From IMG/VR virus record IMGVR_UViG_3300002026_000015, positions 44,628-108,627 of that record: a stretch of 64,000 nucleotides of DNA. One strand, written 5' to 3'. How positions within the stretch are numbered: position 1 is the first letter of the stretch; each line of letters opens with the position of its first letter. Source of the DNA: a virus. The notes beneath the pieces were generated by a model. The model was not told the DNA's origin, searched no databases, and was given only the letters and a program-made list of their open reading frames with translations. Positions 19,923 through 29,869 of the stretch are shown here, one piece after another. A program made the position numbers and the translations under genes.

Positions 19923-21136
19923 TACATGCAATCCACTGCATAGAGTGCAATGTATATGTGAAGTGTCTTTTTTAAGTTTGACAAGAGTCCAGCGTGGTTA
20001 GTTTTACGATAACTGTCGCTATACTTATCCATGATTTGGTGAAGTACATCTTTTATAGCCAGAATTGTCTCATCGGAAGTATTTGAAACTTTGTAGATTT
20101 CAATCATACTATTTATAAACTTAACAGACTTGATAGTTTTCCCACCAGACTGATAAAAATAACTAAGCATCTTTATAAGGAGAGATTCAACAAGTGGTTC
20201 ACGATTCTCAAGTATGAGATTAATCGTGAGAGTCATCTTAGAATAAGATACTTCGGTTTGTTGACAAACCCCTCGTAGTATTTTAGGGTTAGCACAAGTA
20301 TCTGATACGAACGATAAATATATTTTTCGACTATTTACAGCAATCAGTGTACTAACATTTTCAACATCATTCAAATACATTTCACCATCTTCAGCTTCAG
20401 ACTGTAATGAGTCTGTAGTCTGTTTGATACCTTTCTTATGGTTATCATAATACTTATTGGAGATAAGTCTCATCATAAGTTTAATACGACCATAAAGGTT
20501 TGAAATGTAGTATATGATATTATCATCAATTGGATCTTCGAGAATGTCTCGGAAGTTTTCATAATGCGATTCAGCAATGTAAACTATCGTGTTAAACATA
20601 GTTTTATACTTTTTCACATTAAATCTATTACTACCGAGTCGTTCAATCGTAGCATCCATAGTTTCTTTATTCGGAATAAAGTTTGGAAAGAACGCGCCGA
20701 ATGCAGCTTTATAAATACGAAGAGCAAGATACAGTGTAAGTATTTTTGCAACTTCACCTTTTCCAACCATAGTCTTTTTCTTATAATGATAACTTATAAG
20801 ATTAGACATGAGTATATAAAATGGGTTTGAATATGTGATAAAGTTCTTTCCGATTATTTTACAATCTTTAATAGCTTTTTCAATTTCGTGAACCTTAACT
20901 CCGGATTCTTTAATAAACGCATCTTCATGAACCTTAGTAAACACGATACGTTTTTCAGGACCAGATGTAGACATAGCTGCAGACATCTCTTGTATATGTG
21001 GGCCTATGTGTTTTATGATACCTGGAGTATGGCGTTCGATATCAACTTCATTCCCTTTTATGATCATATTAAGAAGGGTGTATTCTTTAGATAACCCCTT
21101 TCTTTCAACTTCATTTCTAGTAGTTTTAGCAGCCAT
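19922..21136 (-). CDS. Hypothetical all-helical late protein
   Basis: GAGG RBS before ATG 21136; own late promoter. Confidence 0.85.
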   Translation of the reverse strand: MAAKTTRNEVERKGLSKEYTLLNMIIKGNEVDIERHTPGIIKHIGPHIQEMSAAMSTSGPEKRIVFTKVHEDAFIKESGVKVHEIEKAIKDCKIIGKNFITYSNPFYILMSNLISYHYKKKTMVGKGEVAKILTLYLALRIYKAAFGAFFPNFIPNKETMDATIERLGSNRFNVKKYKTMFNTIVYIAESHYENFRDILEDPIDDNIIYYISNLYGRIKLMMRLISNKYYDNHKKGIKQTTDSLQSEAEDGEMYLNDVENVSTLIAVNSRKIYLSFVSDTCANPKILRGVCQQTEVSYSKMTLTINLILENREPLVESLLIKMLSYFYQSGGKTIKSVKFINSMIEIYKVSNTSDETILAIKDVLHQIMDKYSDSYRKTNHAGLLSNLKKTLHIYIALYAVDCM

Positions 21137-21162
21137 TGGAACCTCTCTAATAATTTTAATCA

Positions 21163-21198
21163 CACTAATATGTTTCATCGTAAGGAAACATAATAATG
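21163..21198. promoter_or_regulatory. Back-to-back divergent late promoters
   Basis: Minus AACA-TATTAG-TG (21163-21174); plus AACA-TAATAA-TG (21187-21198). Confidence 0.7.
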
Positions 21199-21240
21199 GT
21201 AATAATTATGTTTAACTTGTTCTCTCAGGAGTAAAATGAA

Positions 21241-22278
21241 ATGTTTGAACGTATTAAAGGTGTATTTAACAACATCTTTAGCACATCGATACTATTTTTT
21301 ATCGGTTTAGTTACAATCGGGCTGCTAGTTTTTGTTGCATTTATGACTAAAGATCGACTAACAAATGATAGTGTCGTTAGGTCTAAAGTTCACAAATTGA
21401 TGCTTAAAGAGTCATCATGGGATTATGTAACATCATTGCTATTGCAAGAGTATTCTCAAAAGGAAAGAGAAAATACAATTGCATCGGCATCGATCGTTAG
21501 AGAAGTTGATGAAGTTTTTAAGAACGATAGCGCCAAGCTTGTAGAAGATTTCGATAAAGCAGTATTAGGGGAAACCTCAATTATTTCTAATCTGATAAGA
21601 ACTCAAATTGACCCATATGGGGACAAAATTGTTTTCTTCAGACATGGGAGTAAATTATATCCTCTAGATGATGTAACTAAAGGTACAGAAATTAGCATTT
21701 ATAAGGGAAATGATCATAAAGAGTATAGCGATATTGCAAAGGCTATTCTCAAAAACACTTCCCCGACTTTTGAATCGTTTGAACAATATATTTACGATTA
21801 TTATGGCAAAGATACTCGAGAATTGGATATCGATTCTCTTAAACAACGGTTTCTAGATGGAACGTATGAAGTAAATGATCTTAGCGGAATATTACTTTGT
21901 GCAACTTATATAAACTGGAAACGTGGTTTACTTGGGGATAAAGTTGAATTATATGATGGTAGAGTTAATCCAGATGTTAGACAGCTTATAGTTTTAACCA
22001 AAATCGATATCGTTAAAACTCTAAGTTCAAATCCTACAGTCATAAAACATCTAGGAAACTTTAACAGAAACTCTAAGATAGTCGATTCTACGTTTGACGC
22101 ATATGATTCGTATCATATAATTATACTTTTAATAAGTTCTTTCTTGATTTTCTTAATAGGAATTACTATATTAGTACAATATGATTTGAATAGCATTCGT
22201 AAAGCGAATAAACGACGACGTGTTAACGATAGAACGTTCGGCGGAAACCACATTGAAGTTACAGACGACATACATTAA
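21241..22278 (+). CDS. Two-TM membrane protein with large extracytoplasmic domain
   Basis: Hydrophobic ILFFIGLVTIGLLVFVAFM and IIILLISSFLIFLIGITILV; basic tail KANKRRR. Confidence 0.8.
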   Translation: MFERIKGVFNNIFSTSILFFIGLVTIGLLVFVAFMTKDRLTNDSVVRSKVHKLMLKESSWDYVTSLLLQEYSQKERENTIASASIVREVDEVFKNDSAKLVEDFDKAVLGETSIISNLIRTQIDPYGDKIVFFRHGSKLYPLDDVTKGTEISIYKGNDHKEYSDIAKAILKNTSPTFESFEQYIYDYYGKDTRELDIDSLKQRFLDGTYEVNDLSGILLCATYINWKRGLLGDKVELYDGRVNPDVRQLIVLTKIDIVKTLSSNPTVIKHLGNFNRNSKIVDSTFDAYDSYHIIILLISSFLIFLIGITILVQYDLNSIRKANKRRRVNDRTFGGNHIEVTDDIH

Positions 22279-22314
22279 TTACGAAAGCGACATAGACGCG
22301 GAAGGGGGGATTGT

Positions 22315-22851
22315 GTGGGTGATGATATTACAACTCTTAATACTACCATTGGCACCGTTCTTTTTGGTCGAATTGATGTCGCACTTTTATCTGACATTTT
22401 TCTGGTAACTATTAGCGTATTTTTATGGATGTTAATTAGAGAATTTGCTTCAAATAAATTCAATGTAGATACTTATACAAAGAATTTGATGAAGCTTAAA
22501 AATTACAAAAATTATTTCTTTGTAAAATTAGCTTTATTTATCGTGTGTCTGTTTCTTGGGATTATCTTAACAATGGCAACGTTGTCGTTTATTCTCTTTT
22601 GGATAAAGAACGGATGGATAAAATTCCTAGTAGGAGGATTTTGGGGAATATTGAGTCCTTCTATACTAGCTTCATTTGTCGGTATTGAAGTTAAAGGAGA
22701 TACCGTTCCAAATCTTCTAACCAAGCTAGCTGCTAGTTGGCTGGGTAAAAAAGGAATTAAAGTTGACGATAAAACGACCATTGTTGATGCTGGGAGTGGT
22801 GGACCTGAAATCGATACTACTGGTGGTGATGATATAAATCCTACTAGTTAG
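22315..22851 (+). CDS. Multi-TM membrane protein, holin-like candidate
   Basis: About three hydrophobic segments, charged C-terminus, late unit. Confidence 0.6.
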   Translation: MGDDITTLNTTIGTVLFGRIDVALLSDIFLVTISVFLWMLIREFASNKFNVDTYTKNLMKLKNYKNYFFVKLALFIVCLFLGIILTMATLSFILFWIKNGWIKFLVGGFWGILSPSILASFVGIEVKGDTVPNLLTKLAASWLGKKGIKVDDKTTIVDAGSGGPEIDTTGGDDINPTS

Positions 22852-22928
22852 ATATAGGTGAGACAATTATAAATATAGTTGGAGGATGGGGATATCCCCA
22901 TCTTTCGCTATATTTATAAAACCCTCTA

Positions 22929-22940
22929 AACACTATATTG
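22929..22940 (+). promoter_or_regulatory. Putative late promoter
   Basis: AACA-CTATAT-TG. Confidence 0.65.
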
Positions 22941-22954
22941 GGAGGGTTCAAGAT

Positions 22955-24052
22955 ATGTCAATAATTAGCTATACGACAATTTCAGATATACATATATTAG
23001 CTTTAGATCCTCAATATCAATGGGAAAACCTTTTAGATAACTTTTTCAAACCTATAGAAAAACTAAGACCTGATATAATTTTTGTAAATGGTGACGTTGT
23101 AGATGAAAGAGTTAATGTCAACTCTGCAGCAGCGTCAGTTTTCCATAGATTTGTAGATAAGTTAATCGATACCGGAGCAACTATTGTAATAGTTGAAGGT
23201 ACAAAATCACACGACGATAATCAAATAAATGTATTCTCTCACAGAATTTCTGAGAAATTTAGAATATATAGTAAGGTTGCAGTTGATGAGATTTACGGGA
23301 TGAAGATATTGTTTATCCCAGAAGAATATATGGCAGATCCTGAGGAATATTACGCTAAATATCTGAACATCGATTTCAAATATGACCATGTTATGGGACA
23401 TGGAATGTTTGACCATCTAGCGTACACAGGAAAAAAGAAACAAGTTTTCAGGAAACTGACTTCACCTATATGGAACTATGAGAAGCATTTCAAGAATATA
23501 ACTCACGGAACTGTTAACTTTGGACATATTCACACTCCTTGTAGTAAGGATAGATATGATTCAAATGGTAGTTTTGGAAGATATAATCATGGCGAAGAAG
23601 AAGATAAAGGTTTTAGATTCTACAAATACGACACTGTTGCCAAAACTATTCTTAAACGAGAATTTATTGTCAACACTGGCGCTAAAGTTTTCAAAACAAT
23701 TATCGAAAAAGATCTTCCATTAGATAGAGATAGACTAATGGAATCTTTACAGAAGTATGCGGATGAATCATTTAAACTTCGTATACGTATTGATCGTGAT
23801 ATAGATTCTCAAAGATTAAGCGATATTGTCGGATTCTCAAAAAGTAATCTTAAAACTACTATCGACAAACCATATGCTAGAAAACTTCATAAGGAATTAA
23901 AAGCTGAAGAAGGATTATCTGGTGCGGAGCATGTCGAGAATAAGTATGAGAAAATGGATTTTGTAGAAGCGACAATGGAGTTTATACTTGAAAATCATGG
24001 AGTTAAAGTGGAACGTGATCACATATTAAAAGTGGTGGCGGGGAATGACTAA
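22955..24052 (+). CDS. sbcD: SbcD/Mre11-like metallophosphoesterase nuclease
   Basis: SDIH, GDVVD, GTKSHD, GHG, GHIH motifs; GGAGG RBS. Confidence 0.9.
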   Translation: MSIISYTTISDIHILALDPQYQWENLLDNFFKPIEKLRPDIIFVNGDVVDERVNVNSAAASVFHRFVDKLIDTGATIVIVEGTKSHDDNQINVFSHRISEKFRIYSKVAVDEIYGMKILFIPEEYMADPEEYYAKYLNIDFKYDHVMGHGMFDHLAYTGKKKQVFRKLTSPIWNYEKHFKNITHGTVNFGHIHTPCSKDRYDSNGSFGRYNHGEEEDKGFRFYKYDTVAKTILKREFIVNTGAKVFKTIIEKDLPLDRDRLMESLQKYADESFKLRIRIDRDIDSQRLSDIVGFSKSNLKTTIDKPYARKLHKELKAEEGLSGAEHVENKYEKMDFVEATMEFILENHGVKVERDHILKVVAGND

Positions 24053-24296
24053 ACATGAAATCGACTTATTAGACAAGTATTCGGTTAGAAGATTTATAGA
24101 AATAGATGATGTACTTATAGTACAACATCTTGAGAAAATGAAACTTATATTCATTGACAGAATGTATAGTAATTTAATCAGTTCTATAGTATTCGAGTAT
24201 GCTGAAACAACTGAAGACGGTAAGAAACTTCTTGAAAAGTATAAACCAGTCAACAACCCAAAGAAGAGTTTATTTTCAAGAATATTTAAACGATAG
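24045..24296 (+). CDS. Hypothetical protein
   Basis: Overlaps sbcD stop. Confidence 0.65.
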   Translation: MTKHEIDLLDKYSVRRFIEIDDVLIVQHLEKMKLIFIDRMYSNLISSIVFEYAETTEDGKKLLEKYKPVNNPKKSLFSRIFKR

Positions 24297-24361
24297 TTAG
24301 AATTATATATAGTATGATGAGAACGTACTATATAACAATCTTTTCATAAAAGGAGCAACCT

Positions 24362-24880
24362 ATGAAGAAGAGTATTACGCCTCTTGATCCCGTAGATCTG
24401 GGTGGGATTACACCTCGAGCTGACGAACTAGTTACAAAAGAGGTACTTGGGTATCTTAACAGTATCAATATTAATCACAACCTTCTTTCGGATAACGATC
24501 CTATGAAAGATGAGTATACTAAGTTCCTTAACGATCTTGGTAATGCTCCAGTTATGATTACGAATGAAGATCTTGATATGGGCGATGCTGATGGATATTT
24601 CGATGATATCGACTTCTCGAACTCTGCAGTTGTATCTCTCGAATCTCTCGGTCTTGATTTCACAATCGATTCGTATATCGGAAATCCTTTGTGGGCAAAT
24701 GGTCTGTTCGGTTCAACGATTATGCCACCGGCATATATCCCGCCAATGCAACTTTCTGAAGGTGCTAAAGTTTCAACAATTAAGATACTTGGCGAAAAGT
24801 GTCAGTTTGTTGAACACGATTTCATATATCAACCACAGATTCTCTCCAAAATGGTTGATCTTGCATTCGTGAAAAAATAG
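24362..24880 (+). CDS. Hypothetical protein
   Basis: AAGGAG RBS; early-type promoter 24306-24319. Confidence 0.8.
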   Translation: MKKSITPLDPVDLGGITPRADELVTKEVLGYLNSININHNLLSDNDPMKDEYTKFLNDLGNAPVMITNEDLDMGDADGYFDDIDFSNSAVVSLESLGLDFTIDSYIGNPLWANGLFGSTIMPPAYIPPMQLSEGAKVSTIKILGEKCQFVEHDFIYQPQILSKMVDLAFVKK

Positions 24881-24888
24881 TACCGATG

Positions 24889-24975
24889 ATATATGTGGGG
24901 GTAATTCCCCACATATAAATCTTTTTTATTTACAAGTAATTATAAAGTGTGGGATCTCTCCCACACTTTACTATA
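24889..24975. terminator. Two adjacent hairpin terminators between convergent genes
   Basis: ATATGTGGGG..CCCCACATAT and TAAAGTGTGGGA..TCCCACACTTTA. Confidence 0.75.
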
Positions 24976-24981
24976 TTTAAA

Positions 24982-25536
24982 TTAGTTAGGATGAGCTTTC
25001 TTTGCATCGTCCCATGTCCCACCTTCACGTAGAACAGACACTCTGCGTCTAAGTTTATCATGTCCACGTCTAGAAGCCTTAGCAGGACAAACTCCAAGAT
25101 TTTTAACCAACGCAACTACAGTATTTATAACATCGCCACATTCGTCTTCAGTATGATCCTTCTCATTCTTTTCATGAGCTTCGATAGCTTCATCAATCTC
25201 TTCATAAACTTTCTCTTTAAAGAAAGATATAAGAGATTTTCTATCTTTTTTACCATCTGGAGTCTTATTGATAAAGTCTGCATTGTCATCTCTCCACTGG
25301 GAGATATGATCTAATGAAACTTTATTCTCCTGTAGTTGGGATTGATTGTCACGGTGCTCTTTCAATTCCTCAAGCCAATTTATCATAGATGTCAATTCGC
25401 CATCAGAAAAACTGATATCTTCGTTTTTAGATTTAGCATCGAAGATACGATTAATACAATTATTCAAACTCATTCTCGTACTATCCTCAGATTCTAAACC
25501 AAAAATGGCAAATATTTCATTTTCTAAACTATTCAT
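24982..25536 (-). CDS. MazG-like NTP pyrophosphohydrolase with N-terminal extra domain
   Basis: EEIDEA...DECGDV metal-binding motif, KLRRR, WDDAK; N-terminal WLEELKEHR helix. Confidence 0.8.
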   Translation of the reverse strand: MNSLENEIFAIFGLESEDSTRMSLNNCINRIFDAKSKNEDISFSDGELTSMINWLEELKEHRDNQSQLQENKVSLDHISQWRDDNADFINKTPDGKKDRKSLISFFKEKVYEEIDEAIEAHEKNEKDHTEDECGDVINTVVALVKNLGVCPAKASRRGHDKLRRRVSVLREGGTWDDAKKAHPN

Positions 25537-26189
25537 TATAATCCAGCCGCAATAGTGGTTATTTTCTCACTAAGGATATCAACGTTATCTTGAATATCCA
25601 CAATCTTAAGCGAAAGTTCATCAGAAACAAGTTTCTCAATAGTTGGTATGAACGTTCCAAATGATTGGAATCCTCGAAGAACTTTATAGCATTCATCAAG
25701 AGTAGTTCTCATTTTATCAACTTCAATTGCTTGATCTCCCGAAATCGCAATAAATTCTGCAACAGAGTTATATTTATCACGGAGATACGTTTCAACGTCC
25801 GATAAAATATTTAAAATTGGCATTGTATCGCCAGTAGAAGATGGTTTAACTTTTATATTGAACTTAAAAGTATATGTCTCTTCAAGATAATTTGTACGAG
25901 TTGCATCAATTATGTCAGACCATACAACAAAATAATTATCACCCAAAACGATTTGAAGTGTAACCGGGTCTACTGAGACTTCGCGACATTTGAAATATGA
26001 ATTGTTTTTAAGATAAGTATCATCATCTTTTCCAAGAACTTTTTCATTGAATGCAATAGATCTTACATCAAATCCGTCAGAAATACACTCATCATAACTG
26101 ATAATTCCGGTTACGATACATGTAGAATTTATAACACTACCACCAATGGTGGAAAGAATGTATTTACTATTAAGGGTAAGGTTATACAA
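25536..26189 (-). CDS. Probable virion structural protein
   Basis: AGGAGG RBS with TTG start; late promoter; C-terminal coiled coil. Confidence 0.6.
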   Translation of the reverse strand: MYNLTLNSKYILSTIGGSVINSTCIVTGIISYDECISDGFDVRSIAFNEKVLGKDDDTYLKNNSYFKCREVSVDPVTLQIVLGDNYFVVWSDIIDATRTNYLEETYTFKFNIKVKPSSTGDTMPILNILSDVETYLRDKYNSVAEFIAISGDQAIEVDKMRTTLDECYKVLRGFQSFGTFIPTIEKLVSDELSLKIVDIQDNVDILSEKITTIAAGL

Positions 26190-26218
26190 AATATCCTCCT
26201 AAATTACTAATTTGTCAT

Positions 26219-26253
26219 CAATATGATGTTATTGTACGAAAAACATCATATTA
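26219..26253. promoter_or_regulatory. Back-to-back divergent late promoters forming an inverted repeat
   Basis: AATATGATGTT...AACATCATATT; both strands read AACA-TCATAT-TR. Confidence 0.72.
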
Positions 26254-26271
26254 GATAAGAGAGGGAAAACT

Positions 26272-27069
26272 ATGAAAATATGTTTAGCCAAAAAAGATGT
26301 TACAACTTACAAGTTAAAACTTAAAAAGATGTTGACATGCGTTTCTAAATTTGGAAAGAGTAAAAATAATGATGATTTAATGTATCTATATCATTATATC
26401 AGTAAGAGTGATGGTTCTGTCCATCCGGTATTTTTCATAGATCAAGAAGTAAATCCTTGGGGAGAAGAATTCTATCCTGCAAAACTTGCAATGACAGGTA
26501 CAGATTTTCCAAAAGATATTGAGTTATTTTCAAGTAAATCTAAAGAAAATCTTGAAAAATATCATATCTCAAAATCTATGAATATAAACATTGCTCTATT
26601 TAGAAAGGAAACTATTGACAAATTGTCTGAAGTTTCCTATGATTCGGAGACATTTGAATTTGGTTTCCCATGTATAATGCAATCTAATACAGATTCGTTC
26701 TATGTAGATATCTTAAAAGAATCTAAATCTGTTACAGAGATCTTAAAATATGTTTCTCAAATGAAAGTCATATCTGATGAGAACGTATTAAGATCTATGC
26801 ATGAAGGTCTTATAAGTGAAACTACATTTGATTTAAAGAGTGAACACGGTACAATATTGAAAATTCTTTATTCAATATGCCCTCTCAAATTAAATAGATT
26901 TGAGTATTGTCGAAGAATCGATGTTAGCGAACGAGAGATGACTAGCACAGTATACTGTAGACAGTTCGTTGACATGATCGTTATACACAATTTCTATAAA
27001 TATATTGATATCTGGAGTCTTGAAGGAGATATAAATGATAGAATCCGTGGTGAAAACGCTGTATCTTAA
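26272..27069 (+). CDS. Hypothetical protein upstream of DNA polymerase, paralogue of 13366..14160
   Basis: GAGG RBS; overlaps polymerase start. Confidence 0.8.
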   Translation: MKICLAKKDVTTYKLKLKKMLTCVSKFGKSKNNDDLMYLYHYISKSDGSVHPVFFIDQEVNPWGEEFYPAKLAMTGTDFPKDIELFSSKSKENLEKYHISKSMNINIALFRKETIDKLSEVSYDSETFEFGFPCIMQSNTDSFYVDILKESKSVTEILKYVSQMKVISDENVLRSMHEGLISETTFDLKSEHGTILKILYSICPLKLNRFEYCRRIDVSEREMTSTVYCRQFVDMIVIHNFYKYIDIWSLEGDINDRIRGENAVS

Positions 27070-28813
27070 TGCAGACATTAAACGTGATCCTAGAACTGGT
27101 AGAATTGAAAAATCTAGACCAGATGCATTATTCTACGTTGTAGCAGATTCCAATGGTGGTCGAAATATACATATAAAGAATGAACCTGAATATGTATTCT
27201 TCAAAGCTAAAGAAGACTTGGGATATCACCGTTTATCTTGTCCTGTAGATATGCTTGAACCTGTAAAAGTTAAGTACTCAGTTCGTCATAATGAAATGGC
27301 AAAAGTTCTTGGAATTATTGATGAGTATCGTCAGGCTAAAGAAGATTGGAGAACTAAAAGTGATTTCGTGAATAAACGAATTTACGGCAGTTCTCAATTG
27401 TATCATGCTGATATGCATGTTGAAGATGTATTTAAACTGAACTTCAATGAAAAACATGGAGATCATTCGGCAGATATATCTTACAGACCGAGCTTTATGG
27501 ATATCGAGGTTCGAGCAGACCTTGACGACTTCGACCAACATAAAGCATTGGTTCCAATTTGTTCAATATGTCACCTTGATAGTGCTACAAAGACTATCTA
27601 CGTAAATGTATTGAACGATAAAGATGTACCCGAAATCGTGGAGTTGTTTGGCAATCTGCAAGACTTTGTTAAAGAGATGAGAGAATTCTTTACGAAGATA
27701 ATGTTAGAAGCTATCGAATCTATTGTTGAAGATGGGGGGAAAGCTTCAAATATTGACGATTTCAAATATAAGTTTCAATTCAGATTAGTAGAAACAGAAG
27801 CTGATCTTATCGAAACTTATGCAAACGTTCTTAAAGAAACTAAACCCGATTTCTGTGGTTGTTGGGGTATTAACTTCGATATGATAACCATTTCAAAACG
27901 TGCTGCAAAGAATGGTTTGAATATGGCGGATTTATTTAGCGATCCATCAGTTCCTCCGGAGTATCGATATTTCCAATATGTTGAAGATCCTGATAGATTT
28001 AACCGTAAGGCTGCTACACATTTCTCGAGATATATGGATAAAATCTTTTCAACTTCTCCAACTCAATTCTATTGTCAGATGAGTCTCCATTCTAATCTTA
28101 GAAAGAGATTCCTTGAAGACAATTATAAATTGAATACTATTGGCGAGAAATATGCATACATTAAGAAATATGACCTTGAATCTGAAGGTTATACGATTAA
28201 AGATGTATATAAGAAGAATTTCCGAGTATTCCTCAAATATGCTATTATGGACGTTGTTGTTCAGGATCAAATTGAAAGAGCTAACAAGGACATTCCTCGT
28301 TACATGGTATCATGTAAAGACTCAAGATTTACACATGGTACTAGAAAGACTGTAGGTATCAAAAACGAACTTGCAACATTCTTAAAAGAACGTGGCGAGA
28401 TTATTGGTAACAATAAAGGATATGATATCGATGAATCTGTTCCTGGTGCTATTATCGCAAGTCCTAATTTAATTATCAAGAAAGGGATTAACTTGATGGG
28501 GATCTTGACACACATATATCGAAGTTGTGTGGATTTTGACCTTACAGCAGAGTATCCTTCTCTCATGATTGCGTATAACATTCTCAAAACTACGATATTT
28601 GGACGAATAGTCGATATCTTTTTCGAGAGGGACATAGGTAATGGGAATACTTTAAATATACCAATATCTCAAGGTGGAGACTTTAATAAAATGATGGAAA
28701 CCCTTGATACATCGATATTTGATATAGGTCAGAAGTATTTCGGATTACCATCAGTTGATCAGGTATTATCGCATATTGAAAATGGTTGTATTAACACTAA
28801 AGAAACGGTTTAA
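27035..28813 (+). CDS. Split family-B DNA polymerase, exonuclease + motif A subunit
   Basis: ExoI FMDIEV, ExoII WGINFDM, ExoIII YAIMDV, motif A DFDLTAEYPS; motifs B and C absent. Confidence 0.88.
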   Translation: MIESVVKTLYLNADIKRDPRTGRIEKSRPDALFYVVADSNGGRNIHIKNEPEYVFFKAKEDLGYHRLSCPVDMLEPVKVKYSVRHNEMAKVLGIIDEYRQAKEDWRTKSDFVNKRIYGSSQLYHADMHVEDVFKLNFNEKHGDHSADISYRPSFMDIEVRADLDDFDQHKALVPICSICHLDSATKTIYVNVLNDKDVPEIVELFGNLQDFVKEMREFFTKIMLEAIESIVEDGGKASNIDDFKYKFQFRLVETEADLIETYANVLKETKPDFCGCWGINFDMITISKRAAKNGLNMADLFSDPSVPPEYRYFQYVEDPDRFNRKAATHFSRYMDKIFSTSPTQFYCQMSLHSNLRKRFLEDNYKLNTIGEKYAYIKKYDLESEGYTIKDVYKKNFRVFLKYAIMDVVVQDQIERANKDIPRYMVSCKDSRFTHGTRKTVGIKNELATFLKERGEIIGNNKGYDIDESVPGAIIASPNLIIKKGINLMGILTHIYRSCVDFDLTAEYPSLMIAYNILKTTIFGRIVDIFFERDIGNGNTLNIPISQGGDFNKMMETLDTSIFDIGQKYFGLPSVDQVLSHIENGCINTKETV

Positions 28814-28815
28814 TT

Positions 28816-29244
28816 ATGTCTATTACAGTTAGAGATGGCATTAAATTTGCTACAACAATTGCAGAACTAAGTTCTTCAACTTATCTCCCTGGATCTTCAA
28901 ATCAGTTCGTTGGACAGAATACTGATGTGATTCCTACAAACTTCTGGATCGATGCAGAAGATAGTGAATTTGTTATTAGTTTTCAACCTCTCGATCTTGG
29001 CGAAATTTGGTACATTCCTATTCCAGATAATTATCGTAGAATGTCTGTAATTAACGGGGTTTACAGAACCAAATCTCTCGATGATCTTTCCGATTTTATC
29101 GAAACATTTGAAGAGACTTGCGCAGATATAAGAAAGCAAAACGATGATGCGAAACTCATATTTGATGGAATTGTAAGTCGTAAAGTTCAATTGAACGGGA
29201 ATACAGGTTCTATCGTTGGACCTTGTTCAATTCCTCAAGCATAA
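28816..29244 (+). CDS. Hypothetical protein
   Basis: Immediately follows polymerase. Confidence 0.75.
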   Translation: MSITVRDGIKFATTIAELSSSTYLPGSSNQFVGQNTDVIPTNFWIDAEDSEFVISFQPLDLGEIWYIPIPDNYRRMSVINGVYRTKSLDDLSDFIETFEETCADIRKQNDDAKLIFDGIVSRKVQLNGNTGSIVGPCSIPQA

Positions 29245-29261
29245 CTTGTTAGGAGATTAAA

Positions 29262-29726
29262 TTGTTTAAATTTATAAGAAGATTTTTTCAGAAGAGAAAG
29301 TTTGAAATATTAGACAGATCGTTTAAAGATTCAATACTTGGTCTGAAACGAATTCTCCTATTAATTGAAGAGTCTAATCCTAAAAGAGAATTGTCTCTTG
29401 AAGAAGTTCAATTATTGGATATGATAATAGCTAAGCACCATGAGGATCTAGGTAAAACGCTAGATTCTCTTGGGTATGGAGATTTGAAGATTCAGAAGTA
29501 TACTTATAGTTTCTTTGAGATTCAGAAGACGCAAGGATATGTAAATCACAATGATAGACATAAATTTGTGAAAGATACTCTTAAAAAGATTATAACTCTG
29601 CATGATACGTATGGTGGTTCTGTAAATGAAGATGGCATTCATAAGAAATTTCAGATGATCTTTGATGGTTTTACAGTGGTCAATTACGAAATAACCAAAT
29701 CTCCAAGTGTTGCAAATCTTCAATAA
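29262..29726 (+). CDS. Hypothetical protein
   Basis: AGGAG RBS, TTG start. Confidence 0.75.
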   Translation: MFKFIRRFFQKRKFEILDRSFKDSILGLKRILLLIEESNPKRELSLEEVQLLDMIIAKHHEDLGKTLDSLGYGDLKIQKYTYSFFEIQKTQGYVNHNDRHKFVKDTLKKIITLHDTYGGSVNEDGIHKKFQMIFDGFTVVNYEITKSPSVANLQ

Positions 29727-29730
29727 TCGT

Positions 29731-29759
29731 TATATTGGGGGAGAATATCCCCCAATATA
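29731..29759 (+). terminator. Hairpin terminator
   Basis: TATATTGGGGGA-GAATA-TCCCCCAATATA. Confidence 0.75.
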
Positions 29760-29787
29760 ATATATGTATTAAAGGTTATATGAAGTG

Positions 29788-29801
29788 TATATAAAGTATT
29801 G
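29788..29801 (+). promoter_or_regulatory. Putative early promoter for micropeptide gene
   Basis: TATATA-AAGTAT-TG fits TATATW-N6-YG. Confidence 0.5.
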
Positions 29802-29834
29802 TTTAGAATTATAAATCTTTACTTGGAGGATATC

Positions 29835-29867
29835 ATGGGACCATTCTTACCACCATATGGGAAATAA
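29835..29867 (+). CDS. 10-aa micropeptide MGPFLPPYGK
   Basis: GGAGG RBS 5 nt before ATG; sole ORF between two terminators. Confidence 0.6.
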   Translation: MGPFLPPYGK

Positions 29868-29869
29868 AG

